A stretch of 64,000 bases of DNA from Ruminococcus sp. (GTDB lineage Bacteria > Bacillota > Clostridia > Oscillospirales > Acutalibacteraceae). Positions 60,031 through 64,000 of this stretch are shown here, piece by piece (position 1 is the first letter of the stretch; the number at the start of each line of letters is the position of its first letter). The notes beneath the pieces are model-generated. The model made no database searches and had not been told where the DNA came from. It worked only from the letters and a program-made list of their open reading frames with translations. The stretch is from positions 5,197 through 69,196 of the forward strand of contig JAFUKO010000117.1 of NCBI GenBank assembly GCA_017473555.1, given 5' to 3'. Both the position numbers and the translations under genes were made by a program.

Positions 60031-60060
60031 AAGCACCGAGGTTTAACCTCGGTGTTTTTC
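60031..60060 (+). terminator. Terminator module, cassette 2
   Basis: CACCGAGG-N5-CCTCGGTG stem followed by TTTTT. Confidence 0.7.
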
Positions 60061-60149
60061 TGTTCTCGATGAATTACAGTTGATATTCCTCAACAGTTAT
60101 GCCGAAAAGCGAGCAGATGGCGAGTGTAACATCTACTTCTGCTACGGAT

Positions 60150-60186
60150 GAGCATATCAAATTCTGACCCGCTTAAACAAAGAATA
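60150..60186. repeat. Copy B of the dispersed about 36-bp repeat
   Basis: See copy A at 55884-55918. Confidence 0.7.
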
Positions 60187-60366
60187 ATGAAATTAACCAA
60201 ATCAAATGTTCTAGCGAATTTGAACACTATTTAACAACACATAAAGAATAGCGTAACCCAATCTGCTGAATTCTGGTAGATAAAATATGATAATTCCCAA
60301 TATTTTATAAAAATTCTATTTGGTGTATATTTTGCCTACTGCTATGGTCAATTTTCACATATTATA

Positions 60367-60395
60367 TTGACAAAAAAGCTTGTCGTTGGTAGAAT
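60367..60395 (+). promoter_or_regulatory. Sigma-A promoter of the adhesin/pilus-type operon
   Basis: TTGACA (60367-60372), a 17-nt spacer, TAGAAT (60390-60395). Confidence 0.6.
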
Positions 60396-60458
60396 TTAAT
60401 ATATATATCTTACAGAAAGTGAAATATATTGTCACTCTTTTACAAGGAGCACGAATAT

Positions 60459-60818
60459 ATGACTGAAAAAGAACTTAGGCGACTGCGACGCAGTGATTTG
60501 ATGGAAATATTGTTGGAACTTAGCAAAGAGAACGAACAACTGCGAGAACAACTTAAAGAAGCCGAAAAAAAGATACAGGACCGTCAGATACTAATTGAAG
60601 AGTCGGGCTCTTTGGCAGAGGCAGTTTTGAAACTTAATCGTATTTTCGAGGATGCTCAGGCGGCTTGTGAACAGTATGAACACAATGTTCGATTGCGCTG
60701 TGAGCAGCTTGAGAGCGAAACCGGACGCAAATGTGAAGAGATAATAAGTCAACTTGAGAAAAGTGCATTAACGAAGAAACACAAAAGAGCAAAAGCAAAC
60801 GGAAGGGATACACTTTGA
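60459..60818 (+). CDS. Small coiled-coil protein
   Basis: ATG 8 nt after AAGGAG. Heptad-rich sequence ELRRLRRSDLMEILLELSKENEQLREQLKEAEKKIQD. Confidence 0.6.
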   Translation: MTEKELRRLRRSDLMEILLELSKENEQLREQLKEAEKKIQDRQILIEESGSLAEAVLKLNRIFEDAQAACEQYEHNVRLRCEQLESETGRKCEEIISQLEKSALTKKHKRAKANGRDTL

Positions 60819-61402
60819 TAAAACAAAAGAACATACTTGAACGTCCCTCTGTTGAACTGCTGGAAGCGGAAATCCGGAGAACAAATTATAAGCGGCGTTT
60901 CCATACAGTACTTAAAAGCACTATATATGCACTGATTACCGTTGCGGCGGTGGCTGTTTTGGTGGCAACCTTATGGTTGCCTGTTATGCAGACCTACGGA
61001 AATTCTATGACACCGACACTGAGCGATGGAGAGATTATTTTCTCTGTAAAGACAAAGAAATTAGAACAAGGCGACGTTATCGCTTTTTACTATAATAATA
61101 AGGTATTAGTCAAACGTGTGATTGCAGGTTCAGGGGATGTCGTGGATATTGACTCAGACGGAACGGTCTATATCAATGAGCAATTATTAAATGAGCCTTA
61201 TCTGTCAGAAAAATCTATGGGAGAGGTGGATATCGAACTACCATATCAAGTACCTGACGGCAGGTACTTCGTTATGGGCGACAACCGAGTCACTTCGGCT
61301 GACTCCAGACATACGTCGGTGGGATGTGTGTCTGATGAACAGGTAATCGGAAAGATTATTTTCCGAGTCTGGCCGTTAAAACAGATCGGACCTATCAACT
61401 AA
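60815..61402 (+). CDS. Signal peptidase I (S26)
   Basis: N-terminal TM segment, GNSMTPTL (catalytic Ser), VKRVIAGSGD (catalytic Lys), GDNRVTSADSR. ATGA-type overlap with the upstream gene. Confidence 0.85.
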   Translation: MIKQKNILERPSVELLEAEIRRTNYKRRFHTVLKSTIYALITVAAVAVLVATLWLPVMQTYGNSMTPTLSDGEIIFSVKTKKLEQGDVIAFYYNNKVLVKRVIAGSGDVVDIDSDGTVYINEQLLNEPYLSEKSMGEVDIELPYQVPDGRYFVMGDNRVTSADSRHTSVGCVSDEQVIGKIIFRVWPLKQIGPIN

Positions 61403-61444
61403 CCTTAACATTACGTAATTTTTTACAGGAAGGAGGTAACCCGA

Positions 61445-64000
61445 ATGCGGCTCAAAGAAAACGGTATGTTGCGAAAATATCAAAAAGCAAATAAAAATCG
61501 GAGCATCCTGAATATGTTTATTCGGGTTATGGCGTGTCTGGTTGTATTCTGCACAACTTACGCACTCATCCTCCCTGTTATTACGCTTGAGCAGGAATAC
61601 ACCTGCGGTATGGAAGAACATATACATACTGACAGTTGCTATGCACAGGACGGTATGTTGCAAGAAAACTCACCTAAGCTCATTTGCGGACAGATAGAAC
61701 ATCAGCACAATGAAGACTGTCATCCGTACAAAAGCAAACCCCAAAAATCATCTCCGGCTTCTGTGGGAGCAGGCAGTACGGCAACTTTGACTCTCGATTT
61801 TACCAGTTGGGGTCCTTGGAATCCGATTGAGTTTCCTCAGGGCAACACTTATTCCTGTGAGGTCGGCTCAGAAGTCACCATCACTTTGGACGACTACTTA
61901 AACCGAGGAGTTTCTTACAACGAACCCGATATCACTGTGTCGGGATGCACAGTAGTTTCGGTTAGTTGTACCTGTGACCAAGGGCACACCTCTCACAGTG
62001 GTTGGAGCAATTGCGGTATGCGACACGAAATCGTATTACGCATCACGCAAAATACTGCGCGCATTGAATGTCGTGTGGGTGGTTACGATTGGCCAAAGGA
62101 AGGCAACAGCGTAGTTATCTCAGGCTCTGATACTCCTGAACCTACTACACCTTCTGAAACCATTGCACCTACTAAACCGACTAATCCGCCGGAAACTCAG
62201 CCGCCAACAGAACCAGAGGTGGTTCGTCCCGGTTATCCAACTGCTGTAAAGACAGGCAAATCGACGGTTGATACCCTGTGCTTCTACAACTTTTCTGCCA
62301 GCGACAGTGGCATCTTACCTCTGGCAGGTTGCGAATTTCTGATTACAGGCACCACAGACGACAATCAGCCGTACTCAGCAACTATCTACAGCGATGATAA
62401 TCTGGAGATTCAGTTACCTGATGACATACCGACAGGTAACTATACTATCACAGAAGTGTCTACACCTGAGGGTTATATGCGTGACAGCAATCACACAAGG
62501 AGTTTCGGTGTTACCTATAACAATGAAGTGGGTGAGAAAACATTTTCAGATAGTAGGACTATTGGCAGTTTTTTAAATCATACATTAGAAGATCTTGATG
62601 CAGGCAAATATGCAGAGGTCGAGGATTACAACAATCGTACATATGAAATAGTGCTTAATGCCGAATCAAGTATTCGTCTATACCAAATGAACCCTATCGA
62701 TGTGTTGTTCGTCGTAGACCAATCAAACTCCATGTTGTTCCCTTCGGGACTGAGAGAAACGGGAACATCCATAACTCTCTATCAAGACCCAACAGAGAAC
62801 TGGTGGTCGGGAAATCAGAATCTCAACCAAATGGACCAACTTGATAAAAGCAAGCTTTACTATATTATCGCTGACCCAAGCGGTACGTCCACAGTCTTTG
62901 CCGTATGGCATAACGGAGAACGCTGGATGTATCAGGATGCTTCCTACTACGCAAAAGCTTGGCACGACAATGCTGATGGTTATCGTCAGGAAGGCGAGAT
63001 TGCGATTTTCCCTCAGTCAAATGTCAGTTTCAGCGACCAACCTACTACAAACAGTCAAGGGCAGAAAGTTCGTGCCAATGGTGGTGACCTTGGAATGACT
63101 ATCGCAGGTACCCTTGGAAACGATATCGGCTCAGGTGGCAGAAAAACCTATCAGGTTTATACCGCTGTCGATCAGTACAACCGTTTGCATTATCTGGAGG
63201 AATCTATTTCAAGAGCAATCTATCAGCTTTCTGATGCTAACGTAGAAAACACAGCAACTCTGATTAGATTTACCAAGACTGTGGACGAGGCGCACTGTAT
63301 GGGACCTATGGAGCTTACTCCTGACAACGCAGATGTTCTTGTGGATGCAGTCAATTCCATCAACACAAGCGGTGGTACACGTCAGGATTTAGCTTTAGAG
63401 CACGCTTACGCTCATCTGACAGGTAACATAACCTACAAAGATGGTTCTTCAAACGATAAATTTACAAAAGACCCGAAATACACCTTTACAATCCTCATCA
63501 CTGACGGTGCACCGGTACGAAGCGATAACAGTGCACCACCTCTTGATACCATCTACTCACAGATTCGTAGCTTCGGTGCTCAGGTCAGACGAGAATCTAC
63601 TCTTGTTACAATCGGACTTGGTATGAATAACGTTGAAGGTGGTAAACAGGTATTGCAGGATATCGCATCACTTCCTCAGTATGCAAATATGCTGGAAGAC
63701 GCATCGGATTTGACTGAGGTTCTCCACGATTTACTGTTCTCAAGTCTGACGCCAAAAGAGACTCAGGATATCAGTGGCGATGTGGAGGACGTAATCAGCG
63801 ATTCGTTCTATCCTATCGCTTGGGTTAATAAAGGAACTTACACAGGTCGTAGCGTGCTGTATTCCGATGGTGCTCGGGATTGGGTTATTCTAGAGCCCGG
63901 TGACTGGATCACCTTAAACGGTGAATTTGTCGGTACACGACAAGGAAGTCGAGGGCATGGTCAGTTGATACAGGATGCAAATGGCGATATGTGTATCAGA
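61445..64000 (+). CDS. Large surface adhesin with a Cna-B/SpaA-like domain and a vWA domain. The 3' end lies beyond the window.
   Basis: ATG after GGAAGGAGG. It is not in the ORF track because no stop occurs before the window end (852 codons read open by eye). It has an N-terminal TM/signal segment and a Pro/Thr linker. LAGCEFLITG ... YTITEVSTPEGY is a Cna-B-like fold signature. The vWA MIDAS is DVLFVVDQSNSM, with a later TSGGT and ILITDGAP. Confidence 0.8.
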   Translation, partial: MRLKENGMLRKYQKANKNRSILNMFIRVMACLVVFCTTYALILPVITLEQEYTCGMEEHIHTDSCYAQDGMLQENSPKLICGQIEHQHNEDCHPYKSKPQKSSPASVGAGSTATLTLDFTSWGPWNPIEFPQGNTYSCEVGSEVTITLDDYLNRGVSYNEPDITVSGCTVVSVSCTCDQGHTSHSGWSNCGMRHEIVLRITQNTARIECRVGGYDWPKEGNSVVISGSDTPEPTTPSETIAPTKPTNPPETQPPTEPEVVRPGYPTAVKTGKSTVDTLCFYNFSASDSGILPLAGCEFLITGTTDDNQPYSATIYSDDNLEIQLPDDIPTGNYTITEVSTPEGYMRDSNHTRSFGVTYNNEVGEKTFSDSRTIGSFLNHTLEDLDAGKYAEVEDYNNRTYEIVLNAESSIRLYQMNPIDVLFVVDQSNSMLFPSGLRETGTSITLYQDPTENWWSGNQNLNQMDQLDKSKLYYIIADPSGTSTVFAVWHNGERWMYQDASYYAKAWHDNADGYRQEGEIAIFPQSNVSFSDQPTTNSQGQKVRANGGDLGMTIAGTLGNDIGSGGRKTYQVYTAVDQYNRLHYLEESISRAIYQLSDANVENTATLIRFTKTVDEAHCMGPMELTPDNADVLVDAVNSINTSGGTRQDLALEHAYAHLTGNITYKDGSSNDKFTKDPKYTFTILITDGAPVRSDNSAPPLDTIYSQIRSFGAQVRRESTLVTIGLGMNNVEGGKQVLQDIASLPQYANMLEDASDLTEVLHDLLFSSLTPKETQDISGDVEDVISDSFYPIAWVNKGTYTGRSVLYSDGARDWVILEPGDWITLNGEFVGTRQGSRGHGQLIQDANGDMCIR

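Noticed and set aside
60080-60151. A 23-codon ORF ending ...ADGECNIYFCYG, considered as an AgrD-like autoinducing-peptide precursor for the orphan AgrC-like kinases.
   Set aside because: It has a TTG start with no Shine-Dalgarno sequence, no amphipathic leader or acidic tail as in AgrD, and no AgrB nearby. It also overlaps the dispersed repeat, so it is more likely chance.
61376-63626. Short ORFs 61376-61663 (-), 62394-62576, 62723-62965 (-), 62841-63098 and 63441-63626.
   Set aside because: All overlap the long open frame starting at 61445, which has a strong RBS and clear vWA and Cna-B-like motifs. They are shadow ORFs.

Overview
This looks like a low-GC Firmicute chromosome segment, probably from a Ruminococcus-like member of the Oscillospiraceae. 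That placement is an inference from five dockerin modules of the GDVNGDG...IMDAT.IQ type, a GH13 amylase lipoprotein and the general gene content. The layout is as follows. (1) 1-18.1 kb is a Wzx/Wzy-type surface polysaccharide locus. It has five GT-B and one GT-A glycosyltransferases, an EpsG/Wzy-like polymerase, LicD, an O-acetyltransferase, a Wzx flippase, a fused Wzz/BY-kinase and an LCP ligase. It also encodes a 1628-aa secreted phosphodiester-glycosidase with cell-wall-binding repeats. (2) 18.2-24.2 kb is housekeeping: ribF, an M14 peptidase, asnB with an acidic tail, and DUF554-mntP. A 19-bp perfect inverted repeat brackets 239 bp of the asnB/DUF554 intergenic region. (3) 24.3-26.1 kb holds a promoter-plus-terminator bounded candidate sRNA, followed by an AT-rich orphan gene for a SAP-domain protein with a FokI-like PD-(D/E)xK cleavage domain. 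(4) 26.1-33.1 kb holds ireB, a zinc-ribbon membrane protein, a Trp T-box leader controlling a stand-alone trpB, NUDIX, lexA with SOS boxes, a MutS-family ATPase and an S24/S26 peptidase. (5) 33.3-36.3 kb is an isolated phage-derived trio: a collagen-repeat tail-fibre-like protein with no canonical start behind its RBS, a metallophosphoesterase and a 38-aa membrane peptide. (6) 36.4-41.6 kb holds an XRE-AbrB regulator, an ABC-2 exporter, a TM-only MgtE with a long leader, an Sfp-type PPTase and the GH13 amylase. (7) 41.7-60.1 kb is an accessory-looking secretome region. It contains two AgrC-like kinase/LytTR regulator pairs, with no AgrB/AgrD visible. These are interleaved with paralogous secreted proteins carrying an unrecognised ~115-aa domain and with five dockerin proteins (LRR, CotH and three unknown). 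Two of the dockerin genes sit in cassettes that share promoter and terminator modules. (8) 60.4-64.0 kb is the start of a pilus/adhesin-type operon: a coiled-coil protein, signal peptidase I, and a large vWA plus Cna-B-like adhesin that runs off the window. I found no rRNA, tRNA, CRISPR array, transposase or integrase. All functional calls rest on motifs read by eye from the supplied translations, and no database search was possible.
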